64,000 bases of DNA from an uncultured Prochlorococcus sp. (GTDB taxonomy: Bacteria > Cyanobacteriota > Cyanobacteriia > PCC-6307 > Cyanobiaceae), in the NCBI GenBank assembly GCA_902634515.1, contig CACPKH010000003.1:6627-70626 (forward strand), read 5' to 3'. Below are positions 21,608 through 31,580 of this stretch, piece by piece. A program made the position numbers and the translations under genes. How positions within the stretch are numbered: the first letter of the stretch is position 1; each line of letters opens with the position of its first letter. Below the pieces are notes generated by a model. That model was not told the origin of the DNA, did not search any database, and was given only the letters and a program-made list of their open reading frames with translations.

Positions 21608-22252
21608 ATGAGCAATAAAGATATTCCTTATATTATTTCACCTGAAATAATTGACATACCAGAGTTTAAGCCAAAAATCAAGTTAGCAATTATGGCTTCT
21701 GGAAAAGGTACAAATTTTGAAGCTATAATAAAGTCAACGATATACAAGTTAGCGGCAGAAATACAATGTTTAATAGTAAACAAGGAAGAATGTGGTGCTA
21801 TTAATATAGCTAAGAAATATAATATAAAATATGAAGTTATCAATCATAAGGATTACGGCTCTAGAGAAGAGTTTGACATTGCCATTATAGGAATACTCAA
21901 GAAATATAATGTTGACTTTATTGTTATGGCAGGATGGATGAGAATAGTCACCCCAACACTAATCCAAAGCTTTAAGAAACGAATTATAAATATACATCCA
22001 TCTCTGCTTCCATCATTTAAAGGCACTAATGCAATTGAACAAGCAATTGAATCAAAGGTTAAAATTACAGGTTGTACAGCACATATTGTTGAAGAGCAGG
22101 TTGACTCAGGTGAAATATTAATTCAAGGAGTTTTGCCTATAAAAGAATCAGACACTTCAGCCAGTCTACTCTGTAAAATCCAGGATATTGAACACAAGAT
22201 TTTATACAAGGCAATTGCCATAGCTGCTAAGAATTACTTAAATTTGCCTTAA
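21608..22252 (+). CDS. purN: Phosphoribosylglycinamide formyltransferase
   Basis: 214 aa. MASGKGTNFEA and NIHPSLLPSFKG formyltransferase motifs. Confidence 0.9.
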   Translation: MSNKDIPYIISPEIIDIPEFKPKIKLAIMASGKGTNFEAIIKSTIYKLAAEIQCLIVNKEECGAINIAKKYNIKYEVINHKDYGSREEFDIAIIGILKKYNVDFIVMAGWMRIVTPTLIQSFKKRIINIHPSLLPSFKGTNAIEQAIESKVKITGCTAHIVEEQVDSGEILIQGVLPIKESDTSASLLCKIQDIEHKILYKAIAIAAKNYLNLP

Positions 22253-23328
22253 GGGTAAAAGGAATCTAATGGCAAGCCTTCATTAGAATTTCTATTAGAC
22301 ATTATATTAAGATTTTGAATCCCTTGTCCTGCTTGACCCTTGATTAAATTGTCAATTACAGAAAGAATTATTAGCCTACTATTTCGTTTATCAACCTGAA
22401 CTGAAATTAATATCTTATTAGTATACCTAACCCATTTTGTTGAAGGATAAGTGCCAACTGGAAGGATTTCTATAGTTTCATGATTCCGATATACAGCTTC
22501 AATAACTGTTCTAGAGTCTTCCGCAGTGAGGCCTGGATCTCTTAGACGACAATAAGTAGTGACTAACATACCCCTAACCATTGGAACCAAATGAGGCGTG
22601 AATTGCACTTCAATACACTTTCCAGAGACCTTGGTAAGTTCTTGTTCAATCTCAGAAGTATGTCTATGTCCAATAACCCCGTAAGGAGCGATTGACTCCG
22701 AGCACTCTGATAAGAGTAGATGTTCTTTAGGGTTCCTTCCTCCACCTGATGTCCCTGTTTTTGCATCAATAATAATTCCATCCGTTTCAACTAGACCTTG
22801 CTGAATAAATGGCAAAAGAGGTAACAAACTTGCTGTAGGGAAACATCCAGGACAAGCTACTAATTTAGCTTGAAAGATTTCATTGGGATTCCATTCAGGC
22901 AATCCATAGACTGCTTTTTTGCAAACTTCGTAGTCTGATCTATCTAGATTTCTTGCTTCAGTTGGATAATACTTTTTCCAATGGTCTAATGATTGATAAC
23001 GATAATCGGCTGAAAGATCAATAACACGAACATTTCGTTTTAAAAGAGCAGGCGCCAAATTTGATGCAATGCCATTTGGCAGACTAAGTAATGCATAATC
23101 TGCTTTATCAGAAATCTTTTCAGGATCTGGTAAATCGATAACTATATCTTTATCTAAATTGAGAAAAGGAGAAGTTTCATTCCATGATCTATCAGCTGTT
23201 TTGTTTCCCCCAAGGAATGTGACCTCAAAAAAAGGATGGTCCTTTAATAGTCTTAAAGCCTGAATGCCTCCATATCCAGAAGCACCTATGATCGCGACTC
23301 GATTTGCATTATTGTTTCTTAAGTTCAT
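22249..23328 (-). CDS. argC: N-acetyl-gamma-glutamyl-phosphate reductase
   Basis: 359 aa. N-terminal GASGYGG Rossmann motif and the catalytic Cys context VACPGCFPTA. Confidence 0.95.
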   Translation of the reverse strand: MNLRNNNANRVAIIGASGYGGIQALRLLKDHPFFEVTFLGGNKTADRSWNETSPFLNLDKDIVIDLPDPEKISDKADYALLSLPNGIASNLAPALLKRNVRVIDLSADYRYQSLDHWKKYYPTEARNLDRSDYEVCKKAVYGLPEWNPNEIFQAKLVACPGCFPTASLLPLLPFIQQGLVETDGIIIDAKTGTSGGGRNPKEHLLLSECSESIAPYGVIGHRHTSEIEQELTKVSGKCIEVQFTPHLVPMVRGMLVTTYCRLRDPGLTAEDSRTVIEAVYRNHETIEILPVGTYPSTKWVRYTNKILISVQVDKRNSRLIILSVIDNLIKGQAGQGIQNLNIMSNRNSNEGLPLDSFYP

Positions 23329-23431
23329 TAGTAAAATTTATATAGATAGTCAAAATCAGGACTATCTAAAACATGGTCTTAACACAATTATGGCTTTGTT
23401 TAAATAAATCATCATCATCAAGAGGAAAAAG

Positions 23432-25108
23432 TTGGAATCTGAACAATCAATAAAAGTCCATTTCGACCAAATATCAGATGCATTGGCTGCCATTAGAAAT
23501 GGAGAATGTGTTGTTGTTGTAGACGATGAAAGCAGAGAAAACGAAGGTGATTTAATATGCGCTGCACAATTTGCAACACCACAACAAATAAATTTTATGG
23601 CAACAGAGGCAAGAGGTTTAATTTGCCTTGCAATGGATGGAGAAAGGTTAGATGAACTAGATTTGCCTCTTATGGTCGATAGAAATACTGATTCAAACCA
23701 AACTGCCTTTACTATTAGTATTGATGCAGGACCTGAATATGGTGTTTCTACAGGTATATCAGCTGAAGATAGAGCCCGCACTATTCAAGTCGCAATTAAC
23801 AATTCAACTAAACCAAACGCTCTAAGAAGACCTGGCCACATATTTCCTTTACGTGCAAAGAAAGGAGGAGTACTTAAAAGAGCTGGGCATACTGAAGCTG
23901 CTGTTGACCTATCTCAGCTGGCTGGTCTGGGCCCTTCAGGTGTCATATGTGAAATACAGAATGATGATGGTTCAATGGCTCGCCTTCCTCAATTACAAGA
24001 ATATTCAAAAAACTGGAAACTAAAAATTATAAGCATTGCTGATCTAATAAAATTTAGGCTTGAGAATGAAAGGTTTGTATTTAGAAAAGCAAAAACTAAA
24101 TTACCAAGTATTTTTGGTGATTTTGAAGCTATTGGATATATAAATAATTTAGATAATACTGAACATGTTGCCTTAGTAAAAGGTGATATATCAAAACTAA
24201 AAGAACCAGTACTTGTAAGAATGCATTCAGAATGTCTTACAGGTGATGCCTTTGGATCACTTCGTTGTGATTGTAGACCGCAATTAGAAGCTGCACTGTC
24301 AAGAATTTCAGAAGAAGGGCAAGGGATAGTTGTTTACTTAAGACAAGAAGGTAGGGGAATAGGGTTAATAAACAAATTAAAAGCTTATAGCTTGCAGGAT
24401 GGTGGACTTGACACTGTCGAGGCAAATGAAAGACTAGGCTTTCCAGCTGATTTAAGAAACTATGGAGTAGGAGCACAAATCCTTACAGATTTAGGTGTAC
24501 ATAGCCTTAAGTTACTTACTAATAATCCAAGAAAAATTGCTGGGTTGAGTGGATACGGTATTAAAGTAGAAAGCAGAGAACCACTTGTAATATGCCCAGG
24601 AGATCATAATGCTGAATATTTGTCTGTAAAGAGAACTAAGTTAGGTCACTATATAACAGATCCAATAAAAATAAATAAAGAGAATATAAGGGGATCTTTC
24701 TTTATATTTTGGGATGGAAAAATAGAACCAAAGGGGCTAACAAAACTAAAAACAGAAGCTGAAGGAAAAGCTAAAGAATATAATATATATTTAACTCCAG
24801 AAAGTGAACCAAGGCTCAAAGCATTTCTAGAAAGACCAAAATTTATATGGTTGGCGAAACCTATGAAAAAAGAAGAAGAAGAATCTGTTATATTAAATAA
24901 CTATTATAATTTCATAAAACATATGTCAATGACTGGGGGGACAATAAAAATAGGAGTGTTCTTCTCTAAAAGCCTCAATCAAGCCTTTCATCCAAAGAAT
25001 AGTGTCAACAAGGTAAAACGAGATGTAAATGAGCTGATAAATAAAAATCAATCATTAAAAGAGATATCTAAGGATGAAATTTCATTTTTAATAAGTTGGT
25101 TTAAATAA
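23432..25108 (+). CDS. ribBA: Bifunctional 3,4-dihydroxy-2-butanone-4-phosphate synthase / GTP cyclohydrolase II, with a roughly 150-aa C-terminal extension
   Basis: 558 aa. DHBP synthase motif DDESRENEGDL and GTP cyclohydrolase II zinc motif HSECLTGDAFGSLRCDCRPQL. TTG start in the ORF track. Confidence 0.9.
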   Translation: MESEQSIKVHFDQISDALAAIRNGECVVVVDDESRENEGDLICAAQFATPQQINFMATEARGLICLAMDGERLDELDLPLMVDRNTDSNQTAFTISIDAGPEYGVSTGISAEDRARTIQVAINNSTKPNALRRPGHIFPLRAKKGGVLKRAGHTEAAVDLSQLAGLGPSGVICEIQNDDGSMARLPQLQEYSKNWKLKIISIADLIKFRLENERFVFRKAKTKLPSIFGDFEAIGYINNLDNTEHVALVKGDISKLKEPVLVRMHSECLTGDAFGSLRCDCRPQLEAALSRISEEGQGIVVYLRQEGRGIGLINKLKAYSLQDGGLDTVEANERLGFPADLRNYGVGAQILTDLGVHSLKLLTNNPRKIAGLSGYGIKVESREPLVICPGDHNAEYLSVKRTKLGHYITDPIKINKENIRGSFFIFWDGKIEPKGLTKLKTEAEGKAKEYNIYLTPESEPRLKAFLERPKFIWLAKPMKKEEEESVILNNYYNFIKHMSMTGGTIKIGVFFSKSLNQAFHPKNSVNKVKRDVNELINKNQSLKEISKDEISFLISWFK

Positions 25109-25130
25109 ATACTTATCGTTAATTACAATA

Positions 25131-25739
25131 CTAAACCAAAAGATCAATAAGTTTTTTACTCCAACCAGCAATCCATTTCTCATCTGATTTTGTAAAACAT
25201 CTTTCAGTCCAGCCTCCTAATACTATAATTCCATTTTTATTTAATGGATGTACAAGAACTGATGGTAAGTCCTTAACTATTGAATCAAATTCACTACGTC
25301 CAGGATAAAATTTAGTGTTTACAAGAGAAATGAGTCTATTTGATTTTATAGATCGTAAACATATATCTTGTGGTGTAAAGAGACTGTCAGAGATTAAACC
25401 TCTTTTCAAAATAGTTTCATTATTCCAATAAATTAAAACCGTAGCTGCTGCTGATGCTGTGAGAAACATTTCACTACCCCAAGCTAACTCCATTTTTATC
25501 TCATCTGGAAGACTTTCCTTGATAAATAAACCTTCAGTACCTTCCAGCTTAGCTCTAGCAGAAGACGAAGGGTCTATTTGATACCAAAATAAGCTAGTAA
25601 GTATTAAGAGAATAGATGAAGCAACTGATAAGATCTCAGAGCGTTGAAAACTTGGTTCTATTAGTTCAGCAGAGTATGAATTAAAAATAGATAAGAGCAG
25701 AAATACTAAGCCTATTATTAAAACAAAGGATCTTTTCAT
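25131..25739 (-). CDS. Conserved membrane protein, possibly of the CCB2/CCB4 (cofactor assembly of complex C) family
   Basis: 202 aa with two N-terminal hydrophobic helices and a soluble C-terminal domain. The family call is tentative and from memory. Confidence 0.35.
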   Translation of the reverse strand: MKRSFVLIIGLVFLLLSIFNSYSAELIEPSFQRSEILSVASSILLILTSLFWYQIDPSSSARAKLEGTEGLFIKESLPDEIKMELAWGSEMFLTASAAATVLIYWNNETILKRGLISDSLFTPQDICLRSIKSNRLISLVNTKFYPGRSEFDSIVKDLPSVLVHPLNKNGIIVLGGWTERCFTKSDEKWIAGWSKKLIDLLV

Positions 25740-25889
25740 ATCATTAGAAAAATTAATCTTAAAAAAATTATAGTTGGAATAAATTAAAATGTAATGATTA
25801 ATATTTCTTTTGTTTTGCGTTTTAAAATTTAAGTGGACAAAGACTCAGGAAAATGCCATTATAAGAAAGGATATTATAGAAAATTGACC

Positions 25890-26195
25890 ATGAAAAGCAT
25901 TGTATCTAAGCTTATTGCTCTTATCTTTATCTCAATAATCACATTTGCCAATACAGCAAATGCAACAAGTTTCACTGATATTTATAAAAATTCTACAAAT
26001 ATACAGCCTTTATTCTCTGAGTTAAAGTATGAAGCCAAAGAAAAGACATCACTAGAAAACCCTGTGGTTGATCCAAACTTCAATGTAATGAGAAATACTG
26101 ATATGAATAAACCTTTGGCTGTTATTCTTGTTGGTGGAATTCTTATAGTAGCTATTATTGCTCCAATTGTAACTTGGAAGTATTTTTCCAGATAG
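25890..26195 (+). CDS. Hypothetical protein with a signal peptide and a C-terminal membrane anchor
   Basis: The ORF track begins at GTG 25833. The ATG at 25890 gives MKSIVSKLIALIFISIITFANTANA, which looks like a signal peptide. A C-terminal hydrophobic helix is followed by WKYFSR. Confidence 0.4.
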   Translation: MKSIVSKLIALIFISIITFANTANATSFTDIYKNSTNIQPLFSELKYEAKEKTSLENPVVDPNFNVMRNTDMNKPLAVILVGGILIVAIIAPIVTWKYFSR

Positions 26196-26198
26196 ATT

Positions 26199-26729
26199 AT
26201 GAATAGAGACAACATTATTATATTAGTTTCAGGAGCAGCAAGAAGTGGCAAAAGTAAATATGCAGAGCAATTAATTAAAGATCGAGACAAAGTAATTTAT
26301 TTAGCAACATTTAGGAATAATATTAAAGATTATAATTGGAATGAGCGAATAGAAAAACATAAACGGAGACGTCCTAAGGAATGGGGATTACTTGAGAACT
26401 ATGAAGATATAAATAGAGAGATTGCATCAATTAAGAATGAAAATACACTATTAATAGATTCAGTTGGTGGTATTGTTTATCAAGAATTACAAACATCATG
26501 CCAAAAATGGGATGAATTCACTAAAGCATTTATAAAAACCTTAAAAAGCTTTAGAGGTATGATTGTTCTAGTTATAGAAGAGGTAGGTTGGGGAATATCT
26601 CCTATCGATGAAGAGAGTAATGTTTTTATAGATAGAATTGGCGAATTTACTGAGAACTTGGAAGCTATCGCACAAGAGAGTTATTTAATAATTCATGGGA
26701 ATCCAATAAACCTTAAACGACATATTTAA
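26199..26729 (+). CDS. cobU: Adenosylcobinamide kinase / adenosylcobinamide-phosphate guanylyltransferase
   Basis: 176 aa. P-loop VSGAARSGKSKYAE and a size typical of CobU/CobP. Confidence 0.8.
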   Translation: MNRDNIIILVSGAARSGKSKYAEQLIKDRDKVIYLATFRNNIKDYNWNERIEKHKRRRPKEWGLLENYEDINREIASIKNENTLLIDSVGGIVYQELQTSCQKWDEFTKAFIKTLKSFRGMIVLVIEEVGWGISPIDEESNVFIDRIGEFTENLEAIAQESYLIIHGNPINLKRHI

Positions 26730-26734
26730 ATAAA

Positions 26735-27205
26735 ATGAGTATTAAAGTTGCTTTATTTGAACCTAGAATACCGCAGAACACAGGAAATATAGGTAGAACA
26801 TGTGCGGCGTTTGATATAGGATTAGATTTAATCTGTCCTCTTGGTTTTAGTCTCGAAGATAAATATCTCAAAAGAGCTGGTCTTGACTACTGGCAATTTC
26901 TTAATTTAACTACTCACCAGAATTATCATAAATTCAAGGAAACAACTAATAATTCTAGAATAGTTGGATTTTCAAAGTCTGGAAGACAATCCTTATCAGA
27001 TATCAGTTTTAAATCTAATGATATTCTTTTATTTGGTAGAGAAGATTTGGGGCTAACAGACGAAGTAAGGAAAGATTGTGACTTGCTAGTTGAAATCCCT
27101 ATGAAGGTTAAAGCAAATAAACACGGCGATAATGGAGTAAGAAGTTTAAATCTTTCAGTCGCTTGTGGAATCGCCTGTTATAAGGCAGTTAGCCAATTTG
27201 AATAA
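26735..27205 (+). CDS. trmL: SpoU-family tRNA (cytidine/uridine-2'-O)-methyltransferase, TrmL-like
   Basis: 156 aa. NTGNIGRTC, LLFGREDLGL and SLNLSVACGIA SPOUT motifs. Confidence 0.8.
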   Translation: MSIKVALFEPRIPQNTGNIGRTCAAFDIGLDLICPLGFSLEDKYLKRAGLDYWQFLNLTTHQNYHKFKETTNNSRIVGFSKSGRQSLSDISFKSNDILLFGREDLGLTDEVRKDCDLLVEIPMKVKANKHGDNGVRSLNLSVACGIACYKAVSQFE

Positions 27206-27373
27206 GATATTTTATGTGAGTGATTGATAAACTCTGATGTATAAAGTGAATAGACAAAAATAAGAATTATATTTTAAGATTTGATAAAGGAATATGCCAT
27301 ATGATCTATATTATTCCTAAAGCTAAATAGATCTTGGATTATTTGAGATGATCTATTATGATGAAGTGATATT

Positions 27374-27447
27374 GTCAGTGTAGCTCAGCTGGTTAGAGCA
27401 CAGCATTCATAACGCTGAGGTCGAGAGTTCAAGTCTCTCCACTGACA
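27374..27447 (+). tRNA. tRNA with CAU anticodon (elongator tRNA-Met, or tRNA-Ile2 if lysidine-modified)
   Basis: Cloverleaf folded by hand. Acceptor stem GTCAGTG/CACTGAC, D stem GCTC/GAGC, anticodon loop TTCATAA and T arm GAGAG-TTCAAGT-CTCTC. G1-C72 pairs, so it is not an initiator. CCA is not encoded. Confidence 0.9.
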
Positions 27448-27547
27448 TTCCTAAACTGCTAGACTCTTACTAGACAGAGCTTGCTTACTTTATCTAATGG
27501 AATGTTTAAGGAAGACATATAAATAATTAGATAATTAAAATAACAAT

Positions 27548-27898
27548 TTATTTCATATCAATGTCTCTAAGTCTTTCTTTAAATGACCTATTAAAGTCAT
27601 CTGAAGTATTTAAATTATCATTTCTATTATTGTTAATTGTATCAATATTACTATATAAGTTCTTTTGAGACTTCTTAGAGGCTTGATGGTTGTTAGAGTT
27701 TTCTGGACTAGCTTTAGAAATAACTTCTTCTGAACTATTTAATGAAGTTTGAACGGAGGATGATTTAATTTTAGTTTCTATCTTATTACGAGTAATAGGA
27801 TAAGTTTTTAACTCTGATGAGAGTTGGGAAAGTAATCGGAAATGAGAAACAGAACTAAATTTCTTAAATATAGAGTTATCCCAAAATGATTTTTTCAT
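27548..27898 (-). CDS. Hypothetical Ser/Asn-rich low-complexity protein
   Basis: 116-aa ORF with no recognisable motif. It is low-complexity, so coding status is uncertain. Confidence 0.3.
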   Translation of the reverse strand: MKKSFWDNSIFKKFSSVSHFRLLSQLSSELKTYPITRNKIETKIKSSSVQTSLNSSEEVISKASPENSNNHQASKKSQKNLYSNIDTINNNRNDNLNTSDDFNRSFKERLRDIDMK

Positions 27899-28038
27899 AA
27901 CAAATACTAAATCTCATCTTGTACAGTTTTATATTATAATATTAAAAAGTATTTGGTTACGGATCTCGTCCAAGTAATGACTAAGTGACAGGTCTTAACC
28001 CAATAACACATCTGTAAACCACTCTTTCAAAAAAAGAA

Positions 28039-28635
28039 ATGTCAGAAAACGGATCTATTCGTGTCGGTCAGCAAGCTCCAAGTTTTAAAGCAACTGCTGT
28101 TATAGACCAAGAATTCAAGGAAGTTAGCCTATCCGATTACAAAGGCAAATGGGTAGTATTATTTTTCTATCCACTAGATTTCACTTTCGTTTGCCCAACA
28201 GAAATTACAGCTTTTAGTGACCGCTATTCTGATTTTGCAGCAAAAAATACAGAAATACTTGGAGTTTCAGTTGACAGTCAGCACTGCCACCTAGCATGGA
28301 TTCAAACTCCAAGGAATCAAGGTGGTATAGGAGATATAAACTACCCTTTAATTGCTGACTTAAAAAGAGAGATCGCCCAAGCTTATAATGTACTTAATGA
28401 TGATGGTGAGGCAGATAGAGGACTCTTTCTTATCAACCCTGATGGCATGATTATGCATTGCACAATTAATAAGGCACCAGTTGGAAGGAACGTTGATGAA
28501 ACTCTTAGAATTCTTCAAGGTTACCAATATGTTGCTTCCAATCCTGATGAAGTATGTCCAGCAAACTGGACACCTGGAGATAAAACAATGTTAGAAGATC
28601 CAAAAGGAAGTAAAGAATATTTCTCAAGCTTATAA
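28039..28635 (+). CDS. Typical 2-Cys peroxiredoxin (thioredoxin peroxidase)
   Basis: 198 aa. Peroxidatic Cys motif [10 protein letters not shown] and resolving Cys motif EVCPANW. Noticeably higher GC than its neighbours. Confidence 0.95.
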   Translation: MSENGSIRVGQQAPSFKATAVIDQEFKEVSLSDYKGKWVVLFFYPLDFTFVCPTEITAFSDRYSDFAAKNTEILGVSVDSQHCHLAWIQTPRNQGGIGDINYPLIADLKREIAQAYNVLNDDGEADRGLFLINPDGMIMHCTINKAPVGRNVDETLRILQGYQYVASNPDEVCPANWTPGDKTMLEDPKGSKEYFSSL

Positions 28636-28643
28636 AAGTAAAA

Positions 28644-29444
28644 TTAAATATAGTTAATATAAAAACCTACAAAGAAAGAACAGACAGAAAGGCTTAAGAA
28701 TAGTAATTTAATAAAATGATTGCTTTCAATAGAGGAAAGTGAAGGAAAGCTCCAATCGGAAATACAATTATTATATAATAAATAATCGATAAAAGCCCTA
28801 AAGAAGACTAATCCAAAAAATATAAGGCTCAAGATTATTGGTATAATAACTGTTTCAGATATGATTGTTTGATATTTTAATTCTATTAGGCTATTAAGAG
28901 AGTCTTGAAAGGTTAAAAAGAATTTAAAAAATAACAAAAAGAATAAAGTAAACAAACCATAGTAATGAAATGAAGATGTCCTTTTAATAAGTGATATAGG
29001 AATAAATATACAAAATAGGATTAAATGAGTGCTTAAATTTACTTTTAATATACTAGAGGAATAAACTACAGGTGAAAGAAAATATTGAGATGTTGGCAGA
29101 AAGAATATTGAAAGATCTATAAGAGTGTAATTAATTAAATAGAATGATATAAGAATAAATAAAAGTAAACTTGTAAATAAAGAGCCCTTTAATTGGAAAT
29201 TACTCTTTGCCTTTAGATTTGATAATCTTATTATTCTATTAAATGACTTAAACCACTTATAGCTAAAATATAATATAGCAAAAGGAAGTGCAGTAGAAAG
29301 AAAGAGATATAGTATTAAGTAAAATGATGAAGTTTGACCAGCAAATATTGAATATTTACAAAGCTCATATACAGTTAGTCCTAGAAGATAAGGAATACCC
29401 AGAAAAGTTATAGGGTTATAGATAAAAAGATCTTTATTTATCAT
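28644..29444 (-). CDS. Hypothetical polytopic membrane protein
   Basis: 266 aa, roughly 8 hydrophobic segments, rich in Phe/Leu/Ile/Ser/Tyr. Very low GC (about 20% in one sampled 60-nt line). No known motif seen. Confidence 0.4.
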   Translation of the reverse strand: MINKDLFIYNPITFLGIPYLLGLTVYELCKYSIFAGQTSSFYLILYLFLSTALPFAILYFSYKWFKSFNRIIRLSNLKAKSNFQLKGSLFTSLLLFILISFYLINYTLIDLSIFFLPTSQYFLSPVVYSSSILKVNLSTHLILFCIFIPISLIKRTSSFHYYGLFTLFFLLFFKFFLTFQDSLNSLIELKYQTIISETVIIPIILSLIFFGLVFFRAFIDYLLYNNCISDWSFPSLSSIESNHFIKLLFLSLSVCSFFVGFYINYI

Positions 29445-29499
29445 CTTTCCGATAATTTCAAAATAATTAAATCAATCTATATAGATTTATCAACATGGA

Positions 29500-31206
29500 T
29501 TAATTTACTATTTCGAAGAATTGATCAGCGGTAATTGTTTCCTCTTCAATAAGGAGATTTGCCAAGAGATCTAGTTTATATGTGTGAGGTGATAGAATTA
29601 TTATAGCTTGGTTCATAGCATATTTAAGTAAAGTAATAACCTTATTATCAATTTCTCTGTAAGTTTTTTCGGATAATATTTTGTTGTTACCCAATAAACT
29701 TCTTCCTAGAAATACTGAGGATTCATTTAGATCTGCAGAAATTAATCCAAGGTCAGAGAACCCATATCTGGTAATCATTTCACGAGCTAAAACAGTAGCT
29801 TCTGATAGATCATCCGATGACACTTGTGTAACTTCTTGATTTCCAAAGATTAGAACTTCGGCAGCTCTTCCTGACAATGCTCTAATTAGTCTGGAAGATA
29901 AGTAACTTTTAGAAATCAGACCAGAGTCTAGATCCTCTTGTTTTAAAACAAATCTTGTATTTCCTCCAATTGAATTAGAAGTAGGCAAAATTGTTATCTT
30001 ATCTATTTGATCTAAATTAGGAAGTAATGAGTTTACTAAAGCTTTACCAATTTGATGATAGGCAATAATAATCTTTTTGTTTGCAAATCCAATTGACTGT
30101 CTTGTCATTCCAATAGTTAATCTGTCAAAGGATTTATCAATTTCTGCATTACTTATTAAAGTCTTCTTTTTTCTCGCCGTTAAGATTGCTGCTTCATTAA
30201 GTAAGTTGCTCAAATCAGCTCCAGAAAATCCAGGAGTTTTTATTGCCCAATCATTTAGAGATATTTCATCAGATAATGGTTTTGTTCTTGCGTGTATAGA
30301 TAAGATTTCCAATCTACCTTTCCTATCTGGAAGAGAGATATCTATTGTTCTATCAAAACGTCCTGGACGCGTTAACGCAACGTCCAAAACATCTGGTCTA
30401 TTAGTAGCAGCAAGAATTACTACACCTGAATTATCTGAGAAGCCATCGATTTCCGTTAGCAATTGATTTAAGGTTTGTTCTCTTTCATCATTGCCTCCAC
30501 CTATACCAGTCCCACGTTGGCGTCCAATAGCATCAATCTCATCTATAAAAATTATTGAAGGGGCCTTTAACTTTGCTTCTTTAAAGAGAGACCTAACACG
30601 ACTTGCTCCAACTCCTATAAACAGTTCAACAAATTCAGATGCAGATAAGGGAAAAAATGGGACACCAGCCTCACCTGCTATAGCTCTTGCTAATAACGTT
30701 TTTCCAGTGCCAGGAGGACCAATTAATAGAAATCCCTTAGGGATTTTTGCTCCAACCTTATTAAATAATTCTGGCTGATTTAGAAAGGTCACTATCTCCT
30801 TTATATCTTCAAGTGCCTCATTAACACCTGCTACATCCTCAAATCTGGTGAGGGACTTATCTGGATCAACATTTTGTTTTGACTTATTAGAAAATCCAAA
30901 AGTTTTATTGGCCATGTCAACAGATCTTCTTACAAAAAACAAAATTCCAAAAATTAAAAGAAAAACAAATCCAAAATTTGCAAAAATTGAAGCAGTAAAG
31001 TTTTCAGTTTTCAAATAATTAACAGTTAATGGCGTGCCTGTCTCTTTAGAAATGCGTAAAATTGTTTGATCATTAGGGAAAACAGAAACTATTGATGATG
31101 TCCCATCATTAAAGGCTACTTTAACTTCTCTTCTTGTAGGGAAAAGCTCTAGAGACTTTACTCTCCCAGATGAAATATCTTTTAGTAGGTTGCTGTAACT
31201 AGACAT
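29500..31206 (-). CDS. FtsH-like AAA+ protein with a degenerate M41 zinc-protease motif
   Basis: 568 aa. Walker A GPPGTGKT, Walker [10 protein letters not shown] and second region of homology [20 protein letters not shown] are intact. The HExxH position reads HQIGK. Only one transmembrane helix. Confidence 0.85.
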   Translation of the reverse strand: MSSYSNLLKDISSGRVKSLELFPTRREVKVAFNDGTSSIVSVFPNDQTILRISKETGTPLTVNYLKTENFTASIFANFGFVFLLIFGILFFVRRSVDMANKTFGFSNKSKQNVDPDKSLTRFEDVAGVNEALEDIKEIVTFLNQPELFNKVGAKIPKGFLLIGPPGTGKTLLARAIAGEAGVPFFPLSASEFVELFIGVGASRVRSLFKEAKLKAPSIIFIDEIDAIGRQRGTGIGGGNDEREQTLNQLLTEIDGFSDNSGVVILAATNRPDVLDVALTRPGRFDRTIDISLPDRKGRLEILSIHARTKPLSDEISLNDWAIKTPGFSGADLSNLLNEAAILTARKKKTLISNAEIDKSFDRLTIGMTRQSIGFANKKIIIAYHQIGKALVNSLLPNLDQIDKITILPTSNSIGGNTRFVLKQEDLDSGLISKSYLSSRLIRALSGRAAEVLIFGNQEVTQVSSDDLSEATVLAREMITRYGFSDLGLISADLNESSVFLGRSLLGNNKILSEKTYREIDNKVITLLKYAMNQAIIILSPHTYKLDLLANLLIEEETITADQFFEIVN

Positions 31207-31393
31207 GTCTTTCTTTTATCACTTTAAGTTGATAAAGCTTGCTTAATATGAGGGTAAATAGTCGTTGCAGTTTTATTAAGATGATTTAAAGAAGTGAATT
31301 GAAGAAATTTTAATACCATTACAAACGAATTTCTAATTTGACTAAAGGGTCACTAGCAAACGATTATAGACTTAAATAGCTAGTTCTATAAAA

Positions 31394-31570
31394 ATGGCCG
31401 TACCAAAGAAAAAGACCTCAAAGGGCAAAAGGAATCAAAGGCATGCTGTATGGAAAGCTAAAGCAGGTATAGCTGCTCAAAAAGCTCTTTCTCTGGGCAA
31501 GTCAGTACTAACAGGAAGAGCCCAAGGTTTTGTATACCCAATGGATGAAACAGAAGAATCAGAAGAATAA
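31394..31570 (+). CDS. rpmF: 50S ribosomal protein L32
   Basis: Not in the ORF track (58 aa). Hand translation gives [25 protein letters not shown]..., the canonical L32 N-terminus. TAA stop at 31568-31570. Confidence 0.85.
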   Translation: MAVPKKKTSKGKRNQRHAVWKAKAGIAAQKALSLGKSVLTGRAQGFVYPMDETEESEE

Positions 31571-31580
31571 ATTTGGTATT

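Noticed and set aside
23362-23781. 139-aa minus-strand ORF overlapping the 5' end of ribBA. Similar antisense ORFs occur inside metH (3295..3594, 3763..4068), the FtsH-like gene (30077..30466, 30491..30778), the GDT1 gene (35214..35468) and elsewhere.
   Set aside because: Each lies entirely antisense to a strongly supported conserved gene. They have no recognisable motifs and show low-complexity or odd composition. They are typical shadow ORFs in AT-rich DNA.
27374-27898. tRNA(CAU) followed by a low-complexity hypothetical ORF, considered as a possible tRNA-anchored genomic island or integration site.
   Set aside because: No integrase, no phage-like genes and no direct repeat of the tRNA 3' end were seen downstream. 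Core genes (the 2-Cys peroxiredoxin and the FtsH-like gene) resume within 600 bp.
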